DNA of 64,000 nucleotides from Bacteroidetes bacterium OLB11 (GTDB lineage Bacteria > Bacteroidota > Bacteroidia > Chitinophagales > Chitinophagaceae). The stretch is taken from contig LNFQ01000007.1 in NCBI GenBank assembly GCA_001567165.1, positions 5,715 through 69,714 of the forward strand, given 5' to 3'. Under the pieces are notes generated by a model, which searched no databases, was not told where the DNA came from, and saw nothing but the letters and a program-made list of their open reading frames with translations. Shown one piece after another: positions 20,232-30,700 of this stretch. Both the position numbers and the translations under genes were made by a program. Within the stretch, counting starts at the first letter, position 1, and every line of letters begins with the position of its first letter.

Positions 20232-22106
20232 ATGTGTGGGATAGCAGGTTTTATTACATCAAATCCGAATGAAAATTCTATTGGCAAACTAAAAAAGATG
20301 ACCGATGTCATTGCTCATCGAGGCCCTGATGGCGAAGGTCATTGGATTTCAGAAAATGGTAAAGTGGGGCTTGGCCATCGACGACTTTCAATCATCGATT
20401 TAAGCCAAGAAGCAAATCAACCCATGCACTACATGGACAGATATTCTATCGTCTTTAATGGTGAAATATACAACTTTGTGGAACTTCGCGAAAACTTACA
20501 AAAAGATGGATATCAATTCCACACTCATAGCGATACAGAAGTGCTCATGGCTATGTATGATAAATATAAAGCAGATGCTTTGAAATATTTAGATGGTATG
20601 TTCGCTTTTGTTTTGTATGACAAAAAAGAAAATACTGCCTTTTGTGTAAGAGACCGATTTGGTGAAAAACCATTTTTTTACAACTATAAAAAAGGAGAAT
20701 ATTTTTCATTTGGAAGTGAAATGAAATGCCTATGGGCAGGTGGCACACCGAAAGTGGTCAACAATAGAATGTTGTTTAACTATCTTTCTTTTGGTTATCT
20801 CGACAATCCAAATGACTTAAGTGAAACCTTTTATGAAAATTGCACCCGACTTCATCATAGTCATTACATTTTAGTCAATATCGACAAGCTAGAAATTCAA
20901 ATTCATAAATATTATGACATTGAATGGCAACATATCAATCATCAAATTACAATAGAACAAGCTAAAGAAAAATTTCATGAATTATTTTACACTTCAGTCA
21001 GTAGAAGATTAAGAAGTGATGTACCCGTTGGAAGCAGCTTGAGTGGTGGTTTAGACTCATCATTGGTTGTGTCAGTTGTTGACAAATTAAAAGAAGGCAC
21101 TAGTCAAAAGCAATCAACATTTAGTGCCGTATTTCCAGGATTCAAAAAAGATGAAAGGAAATTTATGGATTATGTTATTGAAAAAACCAACGTATCGCCA
21201 AACTTTATCACACCAAGTGATGAAGGACTTATTGAAGACATCGAATCCCTATCATTTCATCAAGAAGAACCATACGGAAGTGCTAGTATCTATGCTCAAT
21301 ATTGCGTAATGAAACTTGCCAAACAAAACAATGTCACCGTTTTGCTAGATGGCCAAGGAGCTGATGAAATCCTTGCTGGATACCACTTCTACTACAATTC
21401 ATTTTTCAATGAATTAAAAAATACAAACCAAACCGAATACCAAAAGCAACTTGAAATATATAAAAACCTTCATCAAAGTAATTCCATTAATGGCATCACC
21501 AAAAAAACATTAGGAGATAGAGTGAGGGCCATATCCCCTTCATTGGTAAAACCGATCAAAGGATTACGAAACCAAATCAAACAATTAACCAACCCCGTTT
21601 TCAACAGCGACTTTTACAACACATACAGTAAAGATGTTTTTGAAACAAAAGGAAACACATTTAGCACTCTCAATGAAAGCCTCTACAACAGCACCTATCG
21701 CTCCGGCTCCATTCAGCAACTCTTGCGGTATGCAGACCGAAACAGTATGGCACACAGCAGAGAAGTTCGCCTCCCTTTCTTATCTCACGAGCTTGTAGAA
21801 TTTTTATTTACACTCCCTGCTCATTATAAAATTCATGATGGGTGGACAAAATGGATAATGCGTGAAACCTTTGATATTTTACCAGAACAAATCCGTTGGA
21901 GAAAAGATAAAATTGGATATGAACCTCCACAAAAAAGTTGGATGGAAAACCCATTAATCATTCAAAAAATCAAAACAGGTAGAAATAAATTAGTAGAAAA
22001 TAATATCCTAAATAAAAAAATACTACAAAGAGATGTGAAAGCCGAAGAAGCCTGCATGATAGATGACAACAGCTGGGGACATTTATTATCCGATTATCTA
22101 TTATAA
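20232..22106 (+). CDS. Asparagine synthase (glutamine-hydrolysing)-type amidotransferase, copy 1 (divergent)
   Basis: 624 aa. MCGIAGF supplies the Cys nucleophile. HRRLSIIDLS, FNGEIYN and HSDTEV are present, as is the PP-loop SSLSGGLDSS. Confidence 0.85.
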   Translation: MCGIAGFITSNPNENSIGKLKKMTDVIAHRGPDGEGHWISENGKVGLGHRRLSIIDLSQEANQPMHYMDRYSIVFNGEIYNFVELRENLQKDGYQFHTHSDTEVLMAMYDKYKADALKYLDGMFAFVLYDKKENTAFCVRDRFGEKPFFYNYKKGEYFSFGSEMKCLWAGGTPKVVNNRMLFNYLSFGYLDNPNDLSETFYENCTRLHHSHYILVNIDKLEIQIHKYYDIEWQHINHQITIEQAKEKFHELFYTSVSRRLRSDVPVGSSLSGGLDSSLVVSVVDKLKEGTSQKQSTFSAVFPGFKKDERKFMDYVIEKTNVSPNFITPSDEGLIEDIESLSFHQEEPYGSASIYAQYCVMKLAKQNNVTVLLDGQGADEILAGYHFYYNSFFNELKNTNQTEYQKQLEIYKNLHQSNSINGITKKTLGDRVRAISPSLVKPIKGLRNQIKQLTNPVFNSDFYNTYSKDVFETKGNTFSTLNESLYNSTYRSGSIQQLLRYADRNSMAHSREVRLPFLSHELVEFLFTLPAHYKIHDGWTKWIMRETFDILPEQIRWRKDKIGYEPPQKSWMENPLIIQKIKTGRNKLVENNILNKKILQRDVKAEEACMIDDNSWGHLLSDYLL

Positions 22107-22108
22107 GA

Positions 22109-23206
22109 ATGACGCAAAAACAAAAAATTCATACATATACTTTTAACGATGTTGGCATATCCTACGGACCATCTGTCCACTTTCTAGAGCTTTGGAATTG
22201 CTTTCAAGATATGTATGCTGAGCAATATGAAGTGAAAGGATATTATCCTTCTTGGACTGATAAAAATATCATTACAAAAACCTCTTTTTTAATTCAAAAA
22301 ATAAAGGTTGCCAATATCCCTTTAATAAGACAAGTCATTATTGATTTTATTTTCGCTTTCATCATCATCAAAAATAGAAAAGACATCAATTATATTCGAC
22401 TATCTAACTTTTCATTTTTTTTATTGTTGGCCATTAAACTCTTTCAAATAAAATATTATTTAGAGCTGAATGGAATCATTGCAAAAGATAATCTCTCTTT
22501 TCAAAAAGGAAAATTCTACACCCTCATCAGTAATTTTCAAGAAAAATTTTTAATACAAAACGCAGTCGCTTGCATCTCTGTAAGCGATGGCATCACTGAG
22601 TTTGCAAATAGTATTCATGCTAAAAAAAGTGATTACATTAGCAAATGGAATTTCACCCGATTTTTTTAATATCAAACAAAAAGAATCTATTACAAACGAC
22701 TTTGTTTATGTAGGAACTTTCACACCTTGGGATGGTGCAATTCACATTGTTGATTTAGCAATCAAAAATCCCAACATCCAATTTCACATGATTGGAGAAG
22801 GCCCTTTCAGAAAAGAGGTTGAACAAAAAGCCCCTTCCAACATGAAGTTTTATGGATACAAACTTTATGATGAACTCAAAACTACTTATCAAAATTTTGA
22901 CGGTGGCATTGTCTTATACCTTCTGCTAGAAACGACATGAAACTTTCATCACTCAAAACACTAGAGTATGTAGCATCGGGATTGCCCGTATTTACTACAT
23001 CTGTACCCGGTCAAGAATTTATCGATGAAAATCAAATTGGAATCTGTACTGATATCGAAAATGCAAATGAAAACTTTTTACTATTTTTAGAAAAACTTTC
23101 AACCTTTAAAAAAAATGTCAATGATTTTCGAATGAAAAACAAAAGCGAATTGAGTTGGGAAAGAGTTGCATCTCATACCGAAAACTTAATAAAAACAAAC
23201 TTCAAA
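22109..23206 (+). pseudogene. GT4-family glycosyltransferase split over three frames as assembled
   Basis: The track ORFs 22109-22669, 22587-22940 and the first 90 codons of 22937-24724 together form one GT4 protein (..SVSDGITEFANSIHAKK|VITLANGISPDFF..IGEGPFRKEVE..FDGGIVLY|PSARNDMKLSSLKTLEYVASGLPVFTT..). The junctions are at A7 22622-22628 and CC 22919-22920. There is no stop before the next gene's ATG. Confidence 0.65.
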
Positions 23207-24724
23207 ATGAAAAAGTCATTCATTTATATAAAAATCTTTTACACCTCCTTATTTTTCATCTCTTTTATTTTCTCAAATCAATACTCCCTTGCAGCTCCAC
23301 TTCAAATCAACATCAAAAATTTCGGAGCAAAAGGAGATGGCAAAACCAATGACCATCAAGCTTTCGTCAAAGCATCAAAATATATCAATCAAGCAAAACA
23401 AAATATAACACTCATTATTCCTTACGGCACTTATGTCATTGGGCAACAAACACCGGACAACACTTGGTTACTCAAAGGTATTGATGCAATCAGCCTAAAT
23501 AGTTGCAATAATATTACTATTATGGGGCAGCCTAAAAAAGGGAAAAACCCGATCATCATTTATGACAACAATCTCTACTATGGGGCATTTCAGCAAGTCA
23601 ATGGAAACTATATTCCACAATGTACACCTGCAAAAAATCAAATGAACAAAAGAATTTCATGCTTTATTGGTTCTACTTTTAACCTCGACAAATGCAATAA
23701 TATTACAATTAAAAATTTAGAATTAGACGGCAATCAAAACGGCATGATTATCGGAGGATTTTATGGAGATAAAGGGCGACAATTGGGGCATAGAGGGTTT
23801 CAACTTATCAACTGCAATCAAGTCAATATTTCCAATATGGATATTCATCATTTTGGATTAGATGGCATCACGATTACAAGTAGCAATTATATTAACATTG
23901 ATAAAATTAAAGCAAATTATAACGGACGGCAAGGCTTATCATGGGTTGATGGCGATAATATCACTTGCACAAATTCTCAATTTAATTACACAGGTCGCTC
24001 CCGCATTTTTAGTGCCCCTGGAGCAGGAATAGACATCGAACCCGAAGGAAGAAAAAATTTAAATAATGGAACTTTTTTCAATTGTCAATTTATAGGAAAT
24101 GCCGGCTGTGGCGTTCTCAACTATCGAAATAATTATCTTGGAAACAATATGACCTTTACCAATTGTACAATTGCAGGGCTTTACAATTGGGCTCTTTGGG
24201 TGCAAGGCACAAAATTCAAATTTAACAATTGTCAAATTTATGGACATATTGCACATGCCGTTTCAAAAGATGATGCCAAAACAATTGATGACTTCACAAC
24301 CTTTGATGCCTGCTATTTTTCAAATGTTTACAATCAATACAAAACTGTTTCCCCTAGCAAATATCTTTTTGATTGGAATAATGTAAAAATTAGACTCCTT
24401 AACTCAACTGTAGAAACTTTTGACGTTTCATTTTTTTGGCTCAATGATTTGGACAAAACACAAGGAATGCAAAGTCAAATTTCAAACACCAAATTTACAT
24501 CTAACAACACACAAACAGTTTTATCCTCTATCAACACAGGAGCAGCTACCATTCAAAAAAGTACTTTTAATTATACCAAAGGAATCACCTTGTCTACCGA
24601 GCCCGGAATGTTGAAAGGAAATACCCTCAACGCAATGGATAACTCACAAGTGAACACTCTCCTCAAAACATCAAATTATGAGCAACTCACATCCGACAAT
24701 TTCAATCTCTATCAATGCAAATAA
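23207..24724 (+). CDS. Secreted right-handed beta-helix (pectate-lyase-fold) protein
   Basis: An internal ATG gives the signal peptide MKKSFIYIKIFYTSLFFISFIFS. NIKNFGAKGDGKTNDHQAF is the hallmark of the pectate_lyase_3 / GH28-like N-terminus. Repeated N-x-x-I-x-N beta-helix rungs follow. Confidence 0.6.
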   Translation: MKKSFIYIKIFYTSLFFISFIFSNQYSLAAPLQINIKNFGAKGDGKTNDHQAFVKASKYINQAKQNITLIIPYGTYVIGQQTPDNTWLLKGIDAISLNSCNNITIMGQPKKGKNPIIIYDNNLYYGAFQQVNGNYIPQCTPAKNQMNKRISCFIGSTFNLDKCNNITIKNLELDGNQNGMIIGGFYGDKGRQLGHRGFQLINCNQVNISNMDIHHFGLDGITITSSNYINIDKIKANYNGRQGLSWVDGDNITCTNSQFNYTGRSRIFSAPGAGIDIEPEGRKNLNNGTFFNCQFIGNAGCGVLNYRNNYLGNNMTFTNCTIAGLYNWALWVQGTKFKFNNCQIYGHIAHAVSKDDAKTIDDFTTFDACYFSNVYNQYKTVSPSKYLFDWNNVKIRLLNSTVETFDVSFFWLNDLDKTQGMQSQISNTKFTSNNTQTVLSSINTGAATIQKSTFNYTKGITLSTEPGMLKGNTLNAMDNSQVNTLLKTSNYEQLTSDNFNLYQCK

Positions 24725-24734
24725 ATAAAAAAAT

Positions 24735-26642
24735 ATGAGCGCTATCACCGGTTTTATCGACTTCTCCAAAAAATCAAATCTTGAAATTCTTACTAAAATC
24801 AACAATACCCTTTCTTATAGAGGTCCTGACGAATCTGGTACTCTATTTGAAGAAAATGAATATGCACAAATTGGTCTGGGCAATAGAAGACTGCAAATCA
24901 TCGAAGCAAACGAACAAGGAAAATTACCAATCCAATACAAAAATTTTAGCATGGTTGCCGATGCCGAAATTTTAAATTTTCAAGAAATCAAAACCGAACT
25001 CAGCTCGCTAGGCCACTCATTTCAAAGCCAATCCGACACCGAAGTTCTCATTCACGCATTTGCAGAATGGGGGATCGACTGTGTCAACCGCTTCATTGGT
25101 CCATTTGCATTCGTTATTTATAATCATTTTGAAAACACAATACACCTCGTTCGCGACCGTTCCGGTGTGAAGCCTTTATTTTATTACTTTCATAATGATT
25201 TATTTTATTCGCCTCCGGCTTAAAAGCATTTCATGAGCATCCATTTTTTTAAAAAAGAAATAAACAATAACGCCATTTCTTTGTTTTTGCAATATGGCTA
25301 CATCCCATCCCCCCACTGCATTTTCAATTATACTTATAAATTAAAACAAGCCCATTATCTCATTTTAGACTTAAAAAAATAAACAACAAAGCATCACTCA
25401 ATATTGGAACGTGTATGACTATTACAACAAACCAAAATTAAAAATTGACTATAATGAAGCAAAAATAGAAACTGAAAAAATACTCGTTTCAGCATGCAAC
25501 TATCGCACAGCTGGAGATAAACCCATCGGGCTTTTTTTTAAGTGGAGGATATGATAGCACCGCAGTGACAGCCTTATTACAAAAAGACAGAACCGAAAAA
25601 TTAAAAACATTTACCATCGGATTTCATGAAGCAAAATTTAATGAAGCCGAATATGCAAAAAAAGTAGCAAATCATCTCGGCACCGACCACACCGAATATT
25701 ATTGCACCGAAAAAGAAGCCCTTGATATCATTCCGAATTTGCCCTATTATTATGATGAACCCTTTGCAGATGGAAGTGCAATACCAACAACTTTGGTCAG
25801 CAAAATAGCAAAAGAAAAAGTATCCGCTGCATTAAGCTCAGATGCCGGGGATGAAGTGTTTGCAGGCTATAATCGCTATGATTATATTATGAAATTTGGA
25901 GGAAAAATAAAATCAATTCCTTATATCCTTCGTAAAGGAATGGCAGCTGCTATGAGTGCAATTGATGCAGATAAAATCCCCATTTTAAGAAACAAATATC
26001 TATTTCATAGCCGCTATGAAAAGGTCAAACAATTTTTGAAACAAGCAGATGACTTCCACATGAACCAAGTGCTCAGCAAGCAATTTTTAGAGGAAGATGT
26101 TCAAAAAATTTTACTTCATCCAATTACAAAACTAGAAACCGATTTTGATTCCACTGAGTTGAGAAAAGAAAACTACTCAACACTTAATTACATCATGGCA
26201 ATAGATTATGAAACTTATCTTGTCGATGCCGGTATGCAAAAAGTAGATAGAGCCACAATGACTCACAGTTTGAAAGGTCGTGAACCTTTTCTTGACCATC
26301 GCATCATTGAATGGGCTGCCACTCTTCCCACAAATTACAAATACAATAATGGTATCAAAAAATACATATTAAGAGATATTACTCATCAATACGTACCGAA
26401 AGAAATCATGGAAAGACCAAAAATGGGCTTCGGAATTCCGATTGCTCAATGGTTGACAATAGACCTCAAACACTTAGTAGATATGTATTTCAGCGATTCC
26501 TATTTGAAGACTCAATCTATTTTTAAAATCAAAGAAACTCAAAAAGTCATTCATGATTTTTATAATGGAAAAAAAAGAACGTGCCGAAAAAATTTGGTAT
26601 CTGTTGATGTTTCAGATGTGGTATGACAAATGGGTAAAATAA
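24735..26642 (+). pseudogene. AsnB-type amidotransferase, copy 2: nucleophile-less N-terminus and five frame breaks as assembled
   Basis: It starts MSAITGF, against MCGISGF in the neighbouring copy, and has DAEI where NGEI is expected. The track fragments 24735-25223 and 25565-26626 plus the stretch between them align codon for codon with copy 3. This requires run lengths to be adjusted at 25208-25209, 25244-25250, 25373-25379, 25532-25539 and 26569-26576. The PP-loop LSGGYDST is retained. Confidence 0.75.
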
Positions 26643-26770
26643 AAAATACAACACTTTCAATGTATAAACGATAAAATAATTTTGTTAAAATCAGATTTAA
26701 TTATAATCAAATTAAGTTTAGTTAAGAAATTTGTTTTAACCTTTATATAGGTAAAAAAAATATAAATAAT

Positions 26771-28675
26771 ATGTGTGGAATTTCAGGATTTATTGATTTC
26801 AAAAAACAATCAGACCTCGATATATTAAATAAAATGAACAATACCATGGTGCATCGAGGACCTGATGGATTTGATACCTTTTTGGACAATAATTATTATG
26901 CACAAATCGGTTTTGGTCATCGTCGTTTAAGCATTATCGAATTAAGCGAATTAGGGAAACAGCCAATGCACTTCGAGCATTTCACAATTGTTTTTAATGG
27001 TGAGATTTACAACCACCACGAGATAAAAGTAGAATTGGAATCTTTGGGACATCAATTCAAAAGCCACTCCGACACCGAAGTCATTTTACATACTATTCAA
27101 CAGTGGGGCGTTTCGGGCATACATCGTTTCATTGGAATGTTTGCCTTTGCTATCTATAATCAAAAAGACCAAACCATTTTGTTTGTTAGAGATCGAGCTG
27201 GAATTAAACCTTTATTTTACTACGAACGAGAAGGTTTATTTTTATTTGGGTCTGAATTAAAAGTCTTTATAGAACATCCAAGATTTCAAAAAACAATTAA
27301 TCTCAATGCCGTTTCATCATACCTCCAATATGGGTACGTTCCAACACCAAGTTGCATCTACAACAACACAAATAAATTAGAGCCTGGTCATTATATGATT
27401 CTAGATTTAAAAACACAAACCAAAACAATTAAGCAATATTGGAACGTGTATGATGCCTATAATAAACCCAAATTAAAAATCGATTTTTCAGAAGCCAAAA
27501 ATGAAACTGAAAAACTTTTAATTTCGGCCTGTAATTACAGAATGGTGAGTGATGTACCTGTGGGTGTTTTTTTAAGTGGAGGGTATGACAGCACAGCCGT
27601 TACAGCTCTTTTGCAAAAAGATAAAACTGAAAAACTGAAAACATTTACAATTGGATTTCAAGATGAAAAACTCAATGAAGCAGGCTATGCAAAACAAGTA
27701 GCTCATCACCTCGGCACCGATCACACTGAATATTACTGCACAGAAAAAGAAGCACTTGAAATTGTCCCCACTTTACCCTTTTATTATGATGAACCATTTG
27801 CTGATAGCAGTGCCATTCCCACATCTCTTGTCAGTAAAATCGCAAGACAAAAAGTGACTGTAGCTTTAAGTGCAGATGCAGGCGATGAAGTGTTTGCAGG
27901 TTACAACCGCTATGATTACATTATGAAGTTTGGCGGCAAAATCAAATCGATTCCACACAATATTCGAAAAGGAATGGCTTCCGTTATGAGTGCCATTAAT
28001 GCAGACAACATACCCGTTTTAAGAAACAAATATTTATTTCATAGTCGATATGAAAAAGTAAAACAGTTTTTAAAACAAGCAGATGACTATCACATGAATC
28101 AAGTGCTTAGCAAGCAATTTTTAGAAAGTGATATTGATCAAATCATGATTCATCCTACTCAAAAATTAATGAGTGCATTCGACTCCAAAGAACTGAGTGA
28201 AGAAAATTATTCGACACTCAGCTATATCATGGCGATTGACTATGAAACATATTTAATAGATGATATTTTGCAAAAAGTAGATCGTGCAACCATGGCTCAT
28301 AGTTTAGAAGGAAGAGAACCCTTTCTCGACCATCGTATCATCGAATGGGCTGCCACCTTACCCACCGAATACAAATATCATCAAGGCATCAAAAAATATA
28401 TCCTACGTGAAATTACTCATCAATATGTGCCAAAAGAAATCATGGAAAGACCCAAAATGGGCTTTGCTATTCCTATTGCACAATGGCTTTTTGTGGACTT
28501 AAAACATTTGGTGGATTATTATTTCAGCGAACAATATTTAAAAAATCAATCCATTTTTAAAATTAAAGAAACTCAAAAAATTATTCATGATTTTTATCAT
28601 GGAAAAAAAGAACGAGCTGAAAAAATTTGGTACTTGCTGATGTTTCAAATGTGGTATGATAAATGGATGAAATAA
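26771..28675 (+). CDS. Asparagine synthase (glutamine-hydrolysing)-type amidotransferase, copy 3 (intact)
   Basis: 634 aa with MCGISGF, HRRLSIIELS, FNGEIYN, HSDTEV and the PP-loop FLSGGYDST. Confidence 0.9.
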   Translation: MCGISGFIDFKKQSDLDILNKMNNTMVHRGPDGFDTFLDNNYYAQIGFGHRRLSIIELSELGKQPMHFEHFTIVFNGEIYNHHEIKVELESLGHQFKSHSDTEVILHTIQQWGVSGIHRFIGMFAFAIYNQKDQTILFVRDRAGIKPLFYYEREGLFLFGSELKVFIEHPRFQKTINLNAVSSYLQYGYVPTPSCIYNNTNKLEPGHYMILDLKTQTKTIKQYWNVYDAYNKPKLKIDFSEAKNETEKLLISACNYRMVSDVPVGVFLSGGYDSTAVTALLQKDKTEKLKTFTIGFQDEKLNEAGYAKQVAHHLGTDHTEYYCTEKEALEIVPTLPFYYDEPFADSSAIPTSLVSKIARQKVTVALSADAGDEVFAGYNRYDYIMKFGGKIKSIPHNIRKGMASVMSAINADNIPVLRNKYLFHSRYEKVKQFLKQADDYHMNQVLSKQFLESDIDQIMIHPTQKLMSAFDSKELSEENYSTLSYIMAIDYETYLIDDILQKVDRATMAHSLEGREPFLDHRIIEWAATLPTEYKYHQGIKKYILREITHQYVPKEIMERPKMGFAIPIAQWLFVDLKHLVDYYFSEQYLKNQSIFKIKETQKIIHDFYHGKKERAEKIWYLLMFQMWYDKWMK

Positions 28676-28749
28676 AACAATCGAAACTTCTTATATCTTT
28701 TTATTTTAGATAATAAATTATTGGCAATATTAAATTATCTTTATCCACA

Positions 28750-29571
28750 ATGAAGAATAAATATTCATCCATAACATGGATTATTCCATTTGTTTTGTTC
28801 GTGTCATGCAAAGAACAAATCACTAATAAAAAACCCATTTCTATTGGCGATTCATCATTAATTGTGACAGAAAAAGATAGCCAATTTCTTCAAAATTACA
28901 CAGAAGATATTGAGCCCCATAAGAAAGGGAGTGCTGAATCTAAAATCACTCAAATGATGGTGCAAGTGGACAGCTTGAACACATCTAAGAAAATCGAAAG
29001 TGAAAATATAAGCATTGAAAAACTAAAAGGATTTACAATTCATTTTGAGCAATGCGATATTGTGTTTGAAGGTATTTCAGCACATGCCACTAACCTTGCG
29101 CAAAATGAACGAAACTCGAATAGTGTTTCTTATTTAATGGATTTAGGAAATCTTCTTGAAACCAAAATAGAAGTGAATCAGCTTAGTGAAATCTCGATTG
29201 AACAACGAATTTTTGTAAAATTAGCCGTGCAGCAAAGTGATGAACAATATATTTTAAATGATCTAGGAAAATACATCACACAATGGTATCCTTTAGCCGG
29301 AAAAAATAATCGTTTTGTTTCAGTAGGTACGAATAGTCTTCAGTTTTCTTCTGTAGATCATGAAAAAATCAAAAACGCATTAGATAGAGAACTAAGAAAG
29401 AAAAAGAAAAGTAAAGATGATATAAAACGCTGGCTACAATTGATTCATAACACCAACTCCTATAATGACCCGCCTTGCACTCTTGTACCAATAAGTGCTC
29501 AATGGAAGATTGTTGGAAAATATAATAATCAAACAGTCCGCAAGCTCATTCAATTTGACATTGCTCATTAA
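28750..29571 (+). CDS. Lipoprotein of unknown function
   Basis: 273 aa with a signal peptide and lipobox (IIPFVLFVSC). Confidence 0.5.
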   Translation: MKNKYSSITWIIPFVLFVSCKEQITNKKPISIGDSSLIVTEKDSQFLQNYTEDIEPHKKGSAESKITQMMVQVDSLNTSKKIESENISIEKLKGFTIHFEQCDIVFEGISAHATNLAQNERNSNSVSYLMDLGNLLETKIEVNQLSEISIEQRIFVKLAVQQSDEQYILNDLGKYITQWYPLAGKNNRFVSVGTNSLQFSSVDHEKIKNALDRELRKKKKSKDDIKRWLQLIHNTNSYNDPPCTLVPISAQWKIVGKYNNQTVRKLIQFDIAH

Positions 29572-30698
29572 TCTTTTTTCTCTAACTGGCAAGCGAAAAT
29601 ATGATCGCCTCCTAGCTCAAATGTGTTGAAAGCCTTTATTTGTTTCACACGAAAATATTGAGCCTCAAAACTCCTAATAAGCTGCTCATTTTCTTCTGCA
29701 AAAACACTACAAGTCATATAATAAATTGCATGATTAGCACTTTTTGAAACAGCCTCTAAAATGGCTTTCTGCAGCTTTTTAAATTCATTTAATTTATCTT
29801 CTTGAAAATAATAAAACTGCTCTGGGCTTCTACTCCATGTGCCTGAACCACTACAAGGGGCATCCAACAAAACAGAATGATACTTTTTGTTTCCTTTTAG
29901 AGCTTGCCTGGCATCATGTATAAATATTTTATTCGGCTGAAAATGATATTGATGTAATCTATATTTAAGTTGCTCAATTATCGATTTTCTAATATCAGAA
30001 ATATCTAATTGGATATGCTGATTATGATCAAAAAGCAATAAAGATTTGCCACCACTAGCAGCACAGCAATCCCACCACGCTCCAGTTTGAATAGATGGAA
30101 AAAGAGTAGCCGTCAACTGCGAAGAGTAATCTTGAATGACGTATTCATCTGTCTCTCCCAAAATCTCATTTAATTTAATGTTTTGATTAAAAGCTAAACA
30201 AGTCGATGAAATTTGCTTAAATGGAATATTAGAATTTAATAGTTTTTGGATAATCGCAGATTGATTTTTTCTAATTCGGATAAAAACATTTGCCGGTCTA
30301 AATAGATAACGAAAATAATCATCCTCATTCACTCCTTCTGATAATTTATAAGGTAATGAAAAACGAACATGATATTTCTTTTCAACAAAACTTCTTTTGT
30401 CATCAAAGGAGAGTGAATAATAGGCACAAACCTCATTACAAGTTTTTTGATAAAAAAGAATAGGCAACTCCCCTGATAAAAATGAGCCAAGAATAATATG
30501 CATTCTTCGAGTTATATATTCAGGTTGTACACCTAAGCGAAAATAGCCATACAAAAGGGATGTAATGATTTTTCGATCTCTAGAACCAAATTTTTTATTT
30601 AAACGAAAATATTGCTTTAGAAACACAGCTAAAGGTAGCTGAGGCTTATAAACATCAATGATTTCAGATGCCGTTTTGATATAGGCTTCTGCAAACAT
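29568..30698 (-). CDS. RsmB/Fmu-like SAM-dependent RNA cytosine-C5 methyltransferase
   Basis: 376 aa with motif IV (LLDAPCSGSGT) and motif VI (YMTCSV) cysteines. Confidence 0.7.
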   Translation of the reverse strand: MFAEAYIKTASEIIDVYKPQLPLAVFLKQYFRLNKKFGSRDRKIITSLLYGYFRLGVQPEYITRRMHIILGSFLSGELPILFYQKTCNEVCAYYSLSFDDKRSFVEKKYHVRFSLPYKLSEGVNEDDYFRYLFRPANVFIRIRKNQSAIIQKLLNSNIPFKQISSTCLAFNQNIKLNEILGETDEYVIQDYSSQLTATLFPSIQTGAWWDCCAASGGKSLLLFDHNQHIQLDISDIRKSIIEQLKYRLHQYHFQPNKIFIHDARQALKGNKKYHSVLLDAPCSGSGTWSRSPEQFYYFQEDKLNEFKKLQKAILEAVSKSANHAIYYMTCSVFAEENEQLIRSFEAQYFRVKQIKAFNTFELGGDHIFACQLEKKD

Positions 30699-30700
30699 GA

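Larger units (their letters stand above)
24735..28675 (+). repeat. Tandem duplication of a ~1.9 kb asnB-like gene
   Basis: Long, nearly identical nucleotide strings are shared by the two copies, for example gatgaagtgtttgcagg.ta.aa.cgctatgatta.attatgaa and gaaagacc.aaaatgggctt. Similarity is highest in the C-terminal two-thirds. Confidence 0.85.

Noticed and set aside
22587-22940. A separate 117-aa gene.
   Set aside because: It is the middle fragment of the GT4 glycosyltransferase, and its first 12 codons overlap the previous fragment in another frame.
25565-26626. This ORF could be read as a stand-alone gene for an asparagine synthase C-terminal domain.
   Set aside because: It begins at a GTG inside the PP-loop region (..YDSTAVTALLQKD). 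It is colinear with the upstream fragments and with copy 3, so it is part of one disrupted gene.
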